A stretch of 64,000 bases of DNA. It comes from Candidatus Methylomirabilota bacterium. GTDB taxonomy: Bacteria > Methylomirabilota > Methylomirabilia > Rokubacteriales > CSP1-6. Position numbers and translations under genes: made by a program. The stretch's first letter is position 1, and every line of letters begins with the position of its first letter. Location: positions 64,378 to 128,377 of the forward strand of contig DATIAY010000159.1 of assembly GCA_035457825.1 (NCBI GenBank), written 5' to 3'. The notes under the pieces were generated by a model. It worked only from the letters and a program-made list of their open reading frames with translations, searched no databases and was not told the DNA's origin. Below are positions 33,883 through 45,631 of the stretch, one piece after another.

Positions 33883-34883
33883 TGGCGGTCATGAGCTATC
33901 GCGAGGCCCTCAACCTCGCCCTTCGCGAAGAGATGAAGCGTGACGAGCGGGTGTTCGTCATCGGCGAGGAGGTCGGGCTCTACGACGGCGCCTACAAGGT
34001 CACCCAGGGATTGCTCAAGGAGTTCGGGCCCCGGCGGGTCGTGGATACGCCCATTGCCGAGTCGGGATTCACGGGAGTGGGCGTGGGCGCGGCCATGGTG
34101 GGCTTGCGGCCGGTCGTGGAGATGATGACGTTCAACTTCGCCCTGCTGGCCCTGGACCAGATCGTCAACTCGGCGGCCAAGCTGCATTACATGTCGGGCG
34201 GGCAGTTCAGCGTGCCCCTCGTCATCCGCGGTCCGGGGGGGCCGGCCCATCAGCTCGCGGCCCAGCATTCCCAGTCGATGGAAGTGTATTTCTACCACGT
34301 GCCCGGGCTGAAGGTTGTGCGGCCCTCCACGCCCATGGACGCCAAGGGCCTTCTCAAGTCGGCGATCCGCGACGACAATCCCGTGATCTTTATCGAGTCG
34401 GAGACGCTGTACGCGGTGAAGGGGGAGGTTTCCGAGGACCCCGACTTCATCGTCCCCCTCGGTCAGGCGGCAGTGCGCCGTGAGGGCACTGACGTCACCG
34501 TGATCGCTTACATGGGAATGATGTACCGGGCGATCGAAGCCGCCGAGGAGCTGGCCCCGGAGGGAATCTCGGTCGAGGTCGTCGATCCGCGCACACTGCG
34601 TCCCATGGACGCCACGACGATCATCGGGTCGGTCCGCAAGACCCACCGGGCCGTGGTGGTGGAGGCCGGCGCGGGTTTTGCCGGCATGGGATCGGAGATC
34701 GCCGCCTTTATCACCGAGCACGCCTTCGACGACCTGGACGCTCCGGTGGAGCGCGTGACCGGCGCCAACGCGCCGATGCCGTATGCCCGAAATCTGGAGC
34801 GGGCCAAGACGCCGACGAAGGAGCGCATCATGGAAGCCATCCGCCGCGTCTGCCACGCCGGGGGGAGCGAGCCATGGCGGTGA
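33882..34883 (+). CDS. pdhB: Pyruvate (2-oxoacid) dehydrogenase E1 component, beta subunit
   Basis: YREALNLALREEMKRDERVFVIGEEVG...VVDTPIAESGFTG. The ATG shares one base (33882) with the pdhA stop codon. Confidence 0.9.
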   Translation: MAVMSYREALNLALREEMKRDERVFVIGEEVGLYDGAYKVTQGLLKEFGPRRVVDTPIAESGFTGVGVGAAMVGLRPVVEMMTFNFALLALDQIVNSAAKLHYMSGGQFSVPLVIRGPGGPAHQLAAQHSQSMEVYFYHVPGLKVVRPSTPMDAKGLLKSAIRDDNPVIFIESETLYAVKGEVSEDPDFIVPLGQAAVRREGTDVTVIAYMGMMYRAIEAAEELAPEGISVEVVDPRTLRPMDATTIIGSVRKTHRAVVVEAGAGFAGMGSEIAAFITEHAFDDLDAPVERVTGANAPMPYARNLERAKTPTKERIMEAIRRVCHAGGSEPWR

Positions 34884-36163
34884 CCCGCGTCGTGATGCCG
34901 AAACTCTCGGAGGCTATGGAGACCGGTCGGGTCATCAAGTGGCTCAAGAAAGAGGGCGACCGCGTCCAGGGCGGGGACATCCTGGCCGAGATCGAGACGG
35001 ATAAGGCGGACGTAGAGATGGAGGCGTTCGGGAGCGGCGCCCTGCGCAAGATCCTGGTGCCGGCGGGTGAGCGGGCCCCGGTGGGCGCCCTTATCGCGGT
35101 GATCGCCGAGCCTGATGAGGACATCGCAGCGGTGATGGCCCAGGCGCCTCCTCCGGCGCCGGCCGTCGCCGCGGCTCCGCCCGCGCCGCCGGCCGCCCCG
35201 GCCGGACCCGGAGCGGGGTCGTCCCCTCCGCCGACCACGGCTATGCGCCCCGAACCTGCCCCGAGCCTGCCCGTCGCCCGAGCGGTGCCGGCGGGCGAAG
35301 GCAGCGCGGGACAGCGGGTGAAGGCGTCGCCGCTGGCCAAGAGGATCGCAGCCCAGGCGGGCGTGGATCTCCGGCTCGTCCAGGGCTCGGGGCCGGGCGG
35401 TCGCGTCATCCGGCGTGACGTGGAGGCGGCGCGGACGGCGGGAGCGCCGTCCCCCGCGGCGCGCCTGGCGGCCCCCGGCGTGGAGTATGAGGACCGACCG
35501 CTGACGGCCATCCGGGCCACCATCGCCAAGCGCATGCCGCTGGCCAAGGCCCCCGTGCCGCACTTCTACGTGACCTCCGAAGTGGCGATGGACCGGGGCT
35601 GGGCGCTGCGCGAGGAGTTGAATGCCCTGGACGGCCAGCCCAAGATCTCCGTCAACGATCTGGTCATCCGTGCTTGCGCGCTGGCCCTGCTCGCGCATCC
35701 CGAGGTCAACGCGTCGTTCCAGGGCGAGTTCGTTCGAGTCTGGCACCGCGCCCATATCGGGATCGCGGTGGCGCTCGACGAGGGACTGATCACACCCGTC
35801 CTGCGCGACTGCCAGGCCAAGTCGCTGGCCCAGATCGCGGTGGAGGCGCGGGACCTCGTCGAGCGGGCCCGCACACGCAAGCTGCGCACCCAGGAGCTCA
35901 GCGGCGCCACCTTCTCGATCTCGAATCTCGGCATGTTCGACGTGAGCGAGTTCTCGGCCATCATCAACCCGCCGGAGGGCGCCATCCTGGCGGTGGGCGC
36001 CGTTCGTCGCGTGCCGGTGATCGAGCAGGAGACGGTGACGATCGGACGCCGAATGGCGGTGACGCTATCCTGCGATCACCGGGTGATGGACGGGGCGATG
36101 GGCGCGCGTTTCCTCCAGACGTTGAGGCAGTTGCTGGAAGAGCCGCTGCGCCTGCTGGTGTGA
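34874..36163 (+). CDS. pdhC: Dihydrolipoamide acetyltransferase (E2)
   Basis: Lipoyl domain (LAEIETDKADVEMEA), a Pro/Ala linker, the E3-binding domain (ASPLAKRIAAQAGVDL) and the catalytic DHRVMDG motif. Confidence 0.9.
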   Translation: MAVTRVVMPKLSEAMETGRVIKWLKKEGDRVQGGDILAEIETDKADVEMEAFGSGALRKILVPAGERAPVGALIAVIAEPDEDIAAVMAQAPPPAPAVAAAPPAPPAAPAGPGAGSSPPPTTAMRPEPAPSLPVARAVPAGEGSAGQRVKASPLAKRIAAQAGVDLRLVQGSGPGGRVIRRDVEAARTAGAPSPAARLAAPGVEYEDRPLTAIRATIAKRMPLAKAPVPHFYVTSEVAMDRGWALREELNALDGQPKISVNDLVIRACALALLAHPEVNASFQGEFVRVWHRAHIGIAVALDEGLITPVLRDCQAKSLAQIAVEARDLVERARTRKLRTQELSGATFSISNLGMFDVSEFSAIINPPEGAILAVGAVRRVPVIEQETVTIGRRMAVTLSCDHRVMDGAMGARFLQTLRQLLEEPLRLLV

Positions 36164-36306
36164 CCGGAGTATAGCTCTGATCGGGCGAACGATGAACCAG
36201 CTAACGGTGATTCCGGCGGGGCCGCAGTGCGAGCCGAGCGGCGCCGCGGCGCGAGGCGAGCGGTGAAATTGGTCGAGATCGGTCGCAGGCGTCCGGACCC
36301 AGTTCC

Positions 36307-37686
36307 ATGACCCACAAGACGGACGTCGCGATCATCGGCACCGGGCCGGGCGGATACGTGGCGGCCATCCGCTGCGCCCAGCTCGGCCTGTCCGTCGTCG
36401 CCGTCGAGGACGACCGGCCCGGTGGCGTCTGCCTGAATTGGGGTTGCATCCCCACCAAGGCCCTGCTGCGCAATGCCGAAGTCGTGCACCTCTTCGAGCG
36501 AGCCGAGCAGTTCGGGATTCGTGTCCAGAGCTGGCAGGCTGATTATTCGGAAGCGGTGCGCCGGAGCCGCGGCGTGGCCGATCGCATGGCGAAGGGCGTG
36601 GAGTTCCTGTTCCGCAAGAACAAGATCACCCTCCTGGCCGGGACAGGCAGCCTCAAGGGCCCGACGCGCGTGGAGGTCCGCGGCCCCGCCGGCACCGACA
36701 CCATCGAAGCCCGGGCGATCATCCTGGCGACGGGCTCCGAGCCCAAGTCGCTGCCGGGGATCACCATCGACGAGAAGGTGGTCCTGTCCTCCAACGGCGC
36801 CGTGCGGCAGGAGCGGGCGCCGGCCTCATTGATCGTCATCGGCGCCGGGGCAGTCGGCGTGGAGTTCGCCGATGTCTACGCGGCCTACGGAACCCGGGTC
36901 ACGATCCTGGAAGCGCTGCCGCGGCTGGTCCCCCTGGAGGACGAGGAGGTCTCGACCCTGCTGGCGCGCTCGTTCGGTCGGCGGGAGATCATGCTCAAGA
37001 CGGGCGTCAAGGTCACCGCGGTGAGGCCGGGTGGCCCTGGCGTGATGGTGGAGACCGACGGCGGGCAGTTGGAGGCCGAGCAAGTGCTGATGGCGGTGGG
37101 CCGGGGCGCGCGGGTGCGCGACGTGGGCCTCGAGGCCCTCGGCGTGCAGATGGAGCGGAGTTTCGTGAAGGTTTCGCCGCGCATGGAGACCTCGGTCAAG
37201 GGCGTCTACGCCATCGGTGACATGGCCGGCCCGCCGCTGCTGGCGCACAAGGCCATGGCCGAAGGCGTGGTGGCCGCCGAGGCCATCGCCGGCCAAGATC
37301 CCCGCCCGGTAGACTACGGCAATGTGCCCTCCTGCACATACTGTCGGCCGCAGATCGCCTCCATCGGGCTCAGCGAGAGCCGGGCCCGGGAGAATGGGCG
37401 AGAGGTGAGCGTGGGACGCTTTCCCCTCACGGCGAGCGGCAAAGCGGTAGCCCTCGGCGAGACCGAGGGCTTCGTGAAGGTCGTCGCCGACAAGGCCACC
37501 GGGGAGATTCTGGGCGTACACATCGTCGGCCCCGAGGCCACCGAGATCATCCACGAGTTCGCCGTGGGCCGCACCCTGGAGGCGACACTCGAAGAGATCA
37601 TCCACACGATCCACGCCCACCCGACACTATCCGAAGCGGCCCTGGAAGCTACGCTGGCCGCCCTCGGCCGCGCCATCCACATTTAG
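36307..37686 (+). CDS. lpdA: Dihydrolipoyl dehydrogenase (E3)
   Basis: GTGPGGYVAAIRCAQLG, the redox-active GGVCLNWGCIPTK, and C-terminal HAHPTLSEA. Confidence 0.93.
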   Translation: MTHKTDVAIIGTGPGGYVAAIRCAQLGLSVVAVEDDRPGGVCLNWGCIPTKALLRNAEVVHLFERAEQFGIRVQSWQADYSEAVRRSRGVADRMAKGVEFLFRKNKITLLAGTGSLKGPTRVEVRGPAGTDTIEARAIILATGSEPKSLPGITIDEKVVLSSNGAVRQERAPASLIVIGAGAVGVEFADVYAAYGTRVTILEALPRLVPLEDEEVSTLLARSFGRREIMLKTGVKVTAVRPGGPGVMVETDGGQLEAEQVLMAVGRGARVRDVGLEALGVQMERSFVKVSPRMETSVKGVYAIGDMAGPPLLAHKAMAEGVVAAEAIAGQDPRPVDYGNVPSCTYCRPQIASIGLSESRARENGREVSVGRFPLTASGKAVALGETEGFVKVVADKATGEILGVHIVGPEATEIIHEFAVGRTLEATLEEIIHTIHAHPTLSEAALEATLAALGRAIHI

Positions 37687-37702
37687 GAACGTACTGGGGG
37701 TG

Positions 37703-37815
37703 TGGTTCGAGCGCGGGCTCCGCCCGCGCAGTCTCCTTCTCGGGGGGAGGCAGCGAAGCGGGCCCCAGGCCCGGAGCGTCGGAAGGGGGGCAAAGCCCCC
37801 CTCCGAGGAATTAGC
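37703..37815 (+). repeat. Double-hairpin dispersed repeat, family 1, copy C (longer spacer)
   Basis: TGGTTCGAGCGCGGGCTCCGCCCGCGCA ... CGGAAGGGGGGCAAAGCCCCCCTCCGAGGAATTAGC. It lies between the convergent lpdA and ytxH-like genes, and its terminal TTA is the ytxH-like stop on the - strand. Confidence 0.7.
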
Positions 37816-38125
37816 CTGAGGTCGACCGCTTCCGCAGCTCCTCCTGCATCGCCTCTCGGCCCGCCTCGAAGGCGGAGACCAGGCGCTGCGTCTGCTCCTC
37901 GAAGACCTCACGCCCCTTCTCGAGCCACTCGCCGGCCTGTTGCTGGGCCTGCTCGGCCAGCTCCTGGGCTCGCTTGGCCACATCGCCGCCGCGCTCGAGC
38001 AGCAGATCGCGCGCCTGCTGCCTGGTGCGCGGGGCACTGATCAGCGCCGCGACGGCTCCGACCGCCGCGCCTAGGAGAAACCAGCCCAGATAACCGCCTC
38101 CGCCGCCGCCCTCTTCACGATTCAT
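37811..38125 (-). CDS. YtxH domain-containing protein
   Basis: Gly-rich N-terminus plus a TM helix (GYLGWFLLGAAVGAVAALISAP), then a charged helical region. AAGGAG RBS. Overlaps the upstream gene by 11 nt. Confidence 0.7.
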   Translation of the reverse strand: MNREEGGGGGGYLGWFLLGAAVGAVAALISAPRTRQQARDLLLERGGDVAKRAQELAEQAQQQAGEWLEKGREVFEEQTQRLVSAFEAGREAMQEELRKRSTSG

Positions 38126-38510
38126 CGTTGGCTCCTTGCTGCTTTCGCAGCCGGTGAAGAAAGACGTCGAGACCGGTCTTGAGACCGGCCGCGACGCCAA
38201 CGAGCTGGCCTGCTCGGGTCAGCCCGGCAACCGCCGCCAGCACGCGGCCCAGGTTCCCTGAGAGATCCTCGATGCGTTCCGTCAACTTACCCACCCGGGC
38301 CATCTCGTCGCGCGCCTCGTGGCTGAGCGCGCGGACATCGTCCACGAGCCCATGGACGTCGGTGGCCAGCGGGCGCAGCTCCTGTTCAGCCAGCGCGAGC
38401 AGGCGCTCGGCGCGCTCGCTGGCCCGTCGCATGGCTACCAGGGCTGCAACAAGCACCACGGTGACGGCCACGGCGCAGACGACGAGGACCGCTTGGGCCC
38501 AGGGGTGCAT
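38115..38510 (-). CDS. DUF948 (YtxG-like) membrane protein
   Basis: N-terminal TM helix and a long coiled-coil region, 131 aa. The pairing with a YtxH-like gene mirrors the B. subtilis ytxG-ytxH arrangement. Confidence 0.6.
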   Translation of the reverse strand: MHPWAQAVLVVCAVAVTVVLVAALVAMRRASERAERLLALAEQELRPLATDVHGLVDDVRALSHEARDEMARVGKLTERIEDLSGNLGRVLAAVAGLTRAGQLVGVAAGLKTGLDVFLHRLRKQQGANDES

Positions 38511-38515
38511 GGCGA

Positions 38516-38545
38516 ATTATCAGGGAATCGTCGTCTGAAAGTCAA
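38516..38545 (-). promoter_or_regulatory. Candidate sigma70 promoter of the ytxG/ytxH-like operon (leaderless geometry)
   Basis: On the - strand: TTGACT (38545-38540), 18-nt spacer, GATAAT (38521-38516). The ATG at 38510 starts only 5 nt after the -10. Confidence 0.5.
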
Positions 38546-38553
38546 TAAATTCA

Positions 38554-38583
38554 TTGACTTGGTGGACAGTGGGTCCCTATAAT
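38554..38583 (+). promoter_or_regulatory. Candidate sigma70 promoter of the carboxyltransferase/mutase operon
   Basis: TTGACT (38554-38559), 18-nt spacer, perfect TATAAT (38578-38583), set in an AT-rich island. Confidence 0.6.
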
Positions 38584-38642
38584 CGCGCGGGGTGAAATCA
38601 GCGGCCCTCGCGCCGCCTGGCAACCGTGAACGCAGGAGCCTG

Positions 38643-41781
<3,139 letters not shown>

Positions 41782-41782
<1 letters not shown>

Positions 41783-42621
41783 TGACTCTCCGCCTGATCA
41801 CTCTCCGCCCGACGACTCCGGGCGCGGGTCTGGCTCTGGCGATCCTCCTGGGCGGGCTGGCGGCGGTGGTCAGCCCAGCCGGTGCCGGCCTGGCGGACCG
41901 TGTGGGCGCGACCTTCGACCTGATGGCCGAGGACTTCATCAAAGCGACGCGGCCGCTGAATGGCATCGTGGTCGCTGTCGAGGCGGAGGCCCTCTACCTC
42001 GATGTGGGAGCCCGCGAGGGGGCTCGCGTCGGCCAGGAGCTCACGGTGTTCCGCCGCGGAGAGACCTTTACCCATCCCTACACGGGACGATCGATTGGCC
42101 GCTACGAGGATGTTCTGGGGCACGCTCAGATCCGCCGGGTGGACGACCAGTTTTCCGAAGCCCTGTACATTCCGGCGCCCGGAGCGCCCCGGCCCCGCCC
42201 CGAGGATGGCGTCCGCATCAGCCGAGGTCGGATCCGTATCGCCGTCACGCCGGTTCTAGACCTCACCAACGGTAAGGCCGACGTCCGGCGGGTGCCCTAC
42301 CTGATGGCTAGCATCCTCGAGCGCTCCAAGCGCTTCCTGGTGGTCGATCCCCTGGCCGTCACCGACATGTTCGCCAACGGCGCACTACGGGTGGAGGAGG
42401 TCCTGGCCAGGCCCGAGCGCGCGATGCGGATCGCCAAGAACCTGGAGGTCGGGGGCTGGCTGGTCCCCGTCCTTCTCGAACGCCAGGGGGTGATTTATCT
42501 CGACGCCACCTGGATCTCCGCGATCACCGGAACGGCCCTCTTCTCCCGGCGCCTGCCGCTCGTGCCCATCAGCTCGGCCGAGGCCCAGCGGTTCCCCTGG
42601 GAGCCGCGGCCGGAAGACTGA
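41782..42621 (+). CDS. Secreted hypothetical protein (P279): beta-rich module plus an alpha/beta module shared with 50215-52083
   Basis: The ATG shares one base (41782) with the mutase stop codon. Signal-like N-terminus (GLALAILLGGLAAVVSPAGAG). Shares a module, GIVVAVEAEALYLDVGAREGARVGQELTVFRRGETFTHPYTGRSIGRYEDVLGHAQIRRV. Confidence 0.6.
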
Positions 42622-42644
42622 GGGTGTGCTATGGTAGGGCCCGC

Positions 42645-43331
42645 GTGAGACCCGGGCGCCTCAGCCTCGTCTTCATGCTTGCTCTGGCACTCAGCGGCTG
42701 CGCCTCGTTCCGCGACATCGTGGGGATGCCCGGACCCGGTGAGCCCTCGGTTGCGCTCAAGTCTGCCGAGACCCGCTGGCTGCTCATCAAGAACCCTCGC
42801 TTCGGAGACGTGCCCAGCGAGCCGCAGTACGTCTGGGTGGAGGAGGACAAGGTTCCCACCACGTTCCGGACGGTGTTCATGGGCCAGCGGTCGATCATCG
42901 CCGCGCCCGAGGTCGTCGCCAAGTACGGGCGGCCGCCGGGCGGCGGCAAGATCAGCCCCCGTCAGGGGATGCCGACCCAGGCGGCGTCCGAGCCGGCCCG
43001 CGGTGAGACAGCCGCAGCCGTCGCCTCGACGCCCACACCGCCGGCCCCGCGGCCCGAAGCCACGCGCGGCTACGTCGTGTTCGTGGATACCACGCGGATT
43101 GTCATCGACCTCACCTCCGGCGACGGCATGCGGAACGGCTCCGTGGTAAGCCTGCGCCGGGACCGCATTCCCATCGTGCATCCGGTGACCGGGGAAGTCC
43201 TGGGCGAGCTGGACCAGGAGATCGGCACGGCGCGCGTCGTCGAGCTGCGCGACAAGTTCTCGGTGGCCGAGATCGAGGCGGTGGAGCCGGGCGCTCAGAT
43301 CCGAGTTCGGGACCGCGTCGTCCCCAAATAG
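42645..43331 (+). CDS. Hypothetical lipoprotein (P235) with the same C-terminal beta-rich module
   Basis: Lipobox LALALSGC after the GTG at 42645 (track start 42624). Low-complexity linker. C-terminal GYVVFVDTTRIVIDLTSGDGMRNGSVVSLRRDRIPIVHPVTGEVLGELDQEIGTARVVEL. Confidence 0.6.
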   Translation: MRPGRLSLVFMLALALSGCASFRDIVGMPGPGEPSVALKSAETRWLLIKNPRFGDVPSEPQYVWVEEDKVPTTFRTVFMGQRSIIAAPEVVAKYGRPPGGGKISPRQGMPTQAASEPARGETAAAVASTPTPPAPRPEATRGYVVFVDTTRIVIDLTSGDGMRNGSVVSLRRDRIPIVHPVTGEVLGELDQEIGTARVVELRDKFSVAEIEAVEPGAQIRVRDRVVPK

Positions 43332-43338
43332 GGACCGC

Positions 43339-44337
43339 GTGCCGACTCCGACTCTCGAACAGGTTCTCAAGGAGCGTGTCGGGTCGCTGGTCGGGGCCGA
43401 GCTCCGGGACGTGGAAGCGGAGATCCGCCGTCAGCTCGACTCGCCGGTGGCGCTCATCCAGGAGATGGGTGGATACATTGCCGGGGCCGGCGGCAAGCGG
43501 CTCCGCCCCATGCTATTGCTCCTGGCCGCCCGGCTGGCCGGTTACCGCGGGCCTCGCTCGGTTTGGCTCGCCTGTGTGGTCGAGCTCCTGCACACGGCCA
43601 CCCTGATCCACGACGACGTGGTCGATCAGGCGCCCCTCCGCCGCGGCCGGCCCTCGGCCAACGCTCAGTGGGGCGATGACGCGTCCGTTCTCGTCGGTGA
43701 TCACCTGTACTCGAAGTCGTTTGCCCTGCTCGTGCGCGACAACGACCGGGCCGTGATGGAGACCCTGGCCCGGGCCACCGTGTCTATGACGGAAGCCGAG
43801 GTCTTCCAGCTCGAGCGCAAGCGAAGTGGCGTCACCACGGAGGCCGATTACCTGCGCATCATCACGCAGAAGACGGCGTCATTCATCTCCGCCTGTTGCC
43901 GCATCGGCGCGCTGCTGGGCGGGATTCCCATCGAGCAGGTGGAGGCCCTCACCCGCTACGGGCTCGACGTGGGCGTGGCGTTCCAGATCTCCGACGACTC
44001 GCTGGACTTCGTGGCCGACCAGGACCGGCTGGGCAAGGCCATCGGCAGCGACCTTCGCGAGGGCAAGCGCACGCTGCCCCTGATCGCCATGCTGGAGCGG
44101 GCGGCGCCCGCGGCCGCCGAGCGGGTGCGAACCTTGCTGAAGCGGCGGGAGCTTGCGCCCGCGGAGCTCGCCGAGATCCGCGAGCTCGTCCTCAAGTACG
44201 AGGGCGTGGACTACTCTCGCGAGCGGGCCGCCGTCTATGCCCAGGCCGCCAAGGCCGATCTGGAGGCTTTTGTCCCCTCCGAAGAGCGGGACACGCTCGG
44301 CCTCATCGCGGACTTCGTCGTCGATCGCGACCGTTGA
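43339..44337 (+). CDS. Polyprenyl diphosphate synthase (IspB/octaprenyl-type)
   Basis: First DDxxD in LIHDDVVDQAPLRRG, second in FQISDDSLDF, 332 aa. Confidence 0.88.
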   Translation: MPTPTLEQVLKERVGSLVGAELRDVEAEIRRQLDSPVALIQEMGGYIAGAGGKRLRPMLLLLAARLAGYRGPRSVWLACVVELLHTATLIHDDVVDQAPLRRGRPSANAQWGDDASVLVGDHLYSKSFALLVRDNDRAVMETLARATVSMTEAEVFQLERKRSGVTTEADYLRIITQKTASFISACCRIGALLGGIPIEQVEALTRYGLDVGVAFQISDDSLDFVADQDRLGKAIGSDLREGKRTLPLIAMLERAAPAAAERVRTLLKRRELAPAELAEIRELVLKYEGVDYSRERAAVYAQAAKADLEAFVPSEERDTLGLIADFVVDRDR

Positions 44338-44338
44338 C

Positions 44339-44367
44339 TTGGCGGGGGCGGCCTCCGCCCCCGCCAA
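44339..44367 (+). terminator. GC-rich hairpin immediately after the polyprenyl synthase gene
   Basis: TTGGCGGGGGCGG-cct-CCGCCCCCGCCAA, a 13-bp perfect stem. No U-tract. Confidence 0.5.
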
Positions 44368-44379
44368 ACCATGTGTCGT

Positions 44380-44447
44380 TGGAGGGGGCAGGGACGCCCC
44401 TCCAGACCTGTATTGCTGGAGGGGGCAGAGACTGCCCCTCCAGACCT
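44380..44447 (+). repeat. Tandem pair of hairpin units (period 37 nt)
   Basis: TGGAGGGGGCAGGGACGCCCCTCCAGACCT (44380-44409) and TGGAGGGGGCAGAGACTGCCCCTCCAGACCT (44417-44447). Confidence 0.7.
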
Positions 44448-45315
44448 CCCCGTCTGCGCGGGGTGTGACACAGTTGACGCGGCAGAGCCGGAATGGGGGC
44501 TCACGACGGCGATCATCACGCTGGCCACGGATTTCGGCACCCGCGACAGCTACGTCGCCGAGATGAAGGGCGTGATCCTCGGCATCGCTCCGACCGTTCG
44601 GCTCGTCGACGTAACCCACGACGTCGAGCCCCAGCAGGTAGCCGAAGCGGCGCTTGCCGTCGACGCCGCCGCGCCGTTCTTCCCCCGGGGCACTATCCAC
44701 CTGGCCGTGGTGGATCCCGGCGTCGGGACGACGCGGCGGGGCCTGGTCGTCGTCGCCGGCGAGCAGTGCTTCGTAGGCCCCGACAATGGCCTCTTCACGC
44801 CAATCCTGCTGCGCGGTGGTTGGGCGGCCTTCGAGCTGGCGGCGCCCGAGTACCGGCGGCCGGCGGTGAGTCGGACCTTCCACGGGCGGGACGTCTTTGC
44901 CCCGGCGGCTGCCCACCTCGCGCTCGGCATCGCGCCCTCGCGCTTCGGAGCGCCGGTCACGGATCCCGTACGGCTGTCGTGGCCGGAGGCCCGGCCGGTC
45001 CCCGGAGGCGTGGCCGGGGCCGTGGTCCACATCGACCGCTTCGGCAACCTCGTGACGTCGATCCCCGCCGCCCAGGTGGAGACGCCCGCCGCGGGAGCGG
45101 TGAGGATCTGCGGCTCCGTCCTTCCCGTGGTGGGAACGTACGCTGATCTGCCGCCGGGGGGTGCCGGCGCCGTGGTCGGCTCCCGCAATCGGTTGGAGGT
45201 GGTGGTCCGCGACGGCAACGCCGCGGAGCGGTTCGGCGCCCGCCGGGGAACGCCGGTCGTCTTCAGGCGGACGGTTTCTCTGCCGGGGGCGAAGCGCCCG
45301 CGGAGTCGCTCGTAG
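44413..45315 (+). CDS. SAM hydroxide adenosyltransferase family protein (DUF62)
   Basis: IITLATDFGTRDSYVAEMKGVILGI...HLAVVDPGVGT...VGPDNGLF...HIDRFGNLVT. The start is ambiguous. The conserved core begins near 44512, but the nearest canonical in-frame start is the TTG at 44413, inside the hairpin repeat. Confidence 0.75.
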   Translation: MLEGAETAPPDLPVCAGCDTVDAAEPEWGLTTAIITLATDFGTRDSYVAEMKGVILGIAPTVRLVDVTHDVEPQQVAEAALAVDAAAPFFPRGTIHLAVVDPGVGTTRRGLVVVAGEQCFVGPDNGLFTPILLRGGWAAFELAAPEYRRPAVSRTFHGRDVFAPAAAHLALGIAPSRFGAPVTDPVRLSWPEARPVPGGVAGAVVHIDRFGNLVTSIPAAQVETPAAGAVRICGSVLPVVGTYADLPPGGAGAVVGSRNRLEVVVRDGNAAERFGARRGTPVVFRRTVSLPGAKRPRSRS

Positions 45316-45601
45316 TTGACGCATCCTTCGTGGCGGAAGTGCTAGACTTCTCCGCGGATGCCGCGTCCTTCGCGTCCGGCTTGGTTCCGCTCTTCTCCGC
45401 CTCGAGAGCCTTCTTGCGCGCCTGTGAGGGATAGTCGGTGACGTACCATCCCTCACCCTTCAAGATGAAGGGCGCAGGAGAGAGCAGGCGTTGCAGCGTC
45501 CCGCCGCATTCTTCGCAGCGCCGGAGCGGCTCCTCGGTGATCCGCTGCCGGACCTCGAACGTACGGCGGCATTGCTGACACTGATACTCGTAGGTCGGCA
45601 C
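45263..45601 (-). CDS. FmdB family zinc-ribbon protein
   Basis: MPTYEYQCQQCRRTFEVRQRITEEPLRRCEECGG (CxxC...CxxC), with a low-complexity Ser/Thr/Ala/Lys tail. Its 3' end overlaps the DUF62 gene by 53 nt. Confidence 0.85.
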   Translation of the reverse strand: MPTYEYQCQQCRRTFEVRQRITEEPLRRCEECGGTLQRLLSPAPFILKGEGWYVTDYPSQARKKALEAEKSGTKPDAKDAASAEKSSTSATKDASTTSDSAGASPPAEKPSA

Positions 45602-45631
45602 GACTCCGACGCTACATGGGGAGATCGTAAC

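Noticed and set aside
38592-38642. The GTG at 38592 as the start of the carboxyltransferase gene.
   Set aside because: The ATG at 38643 is preceded by an AGGAG RBS, and family conservation begins there. The GTG lies at or next to the predicted transcription start. A leaderless alternative cannot be fully excluded.
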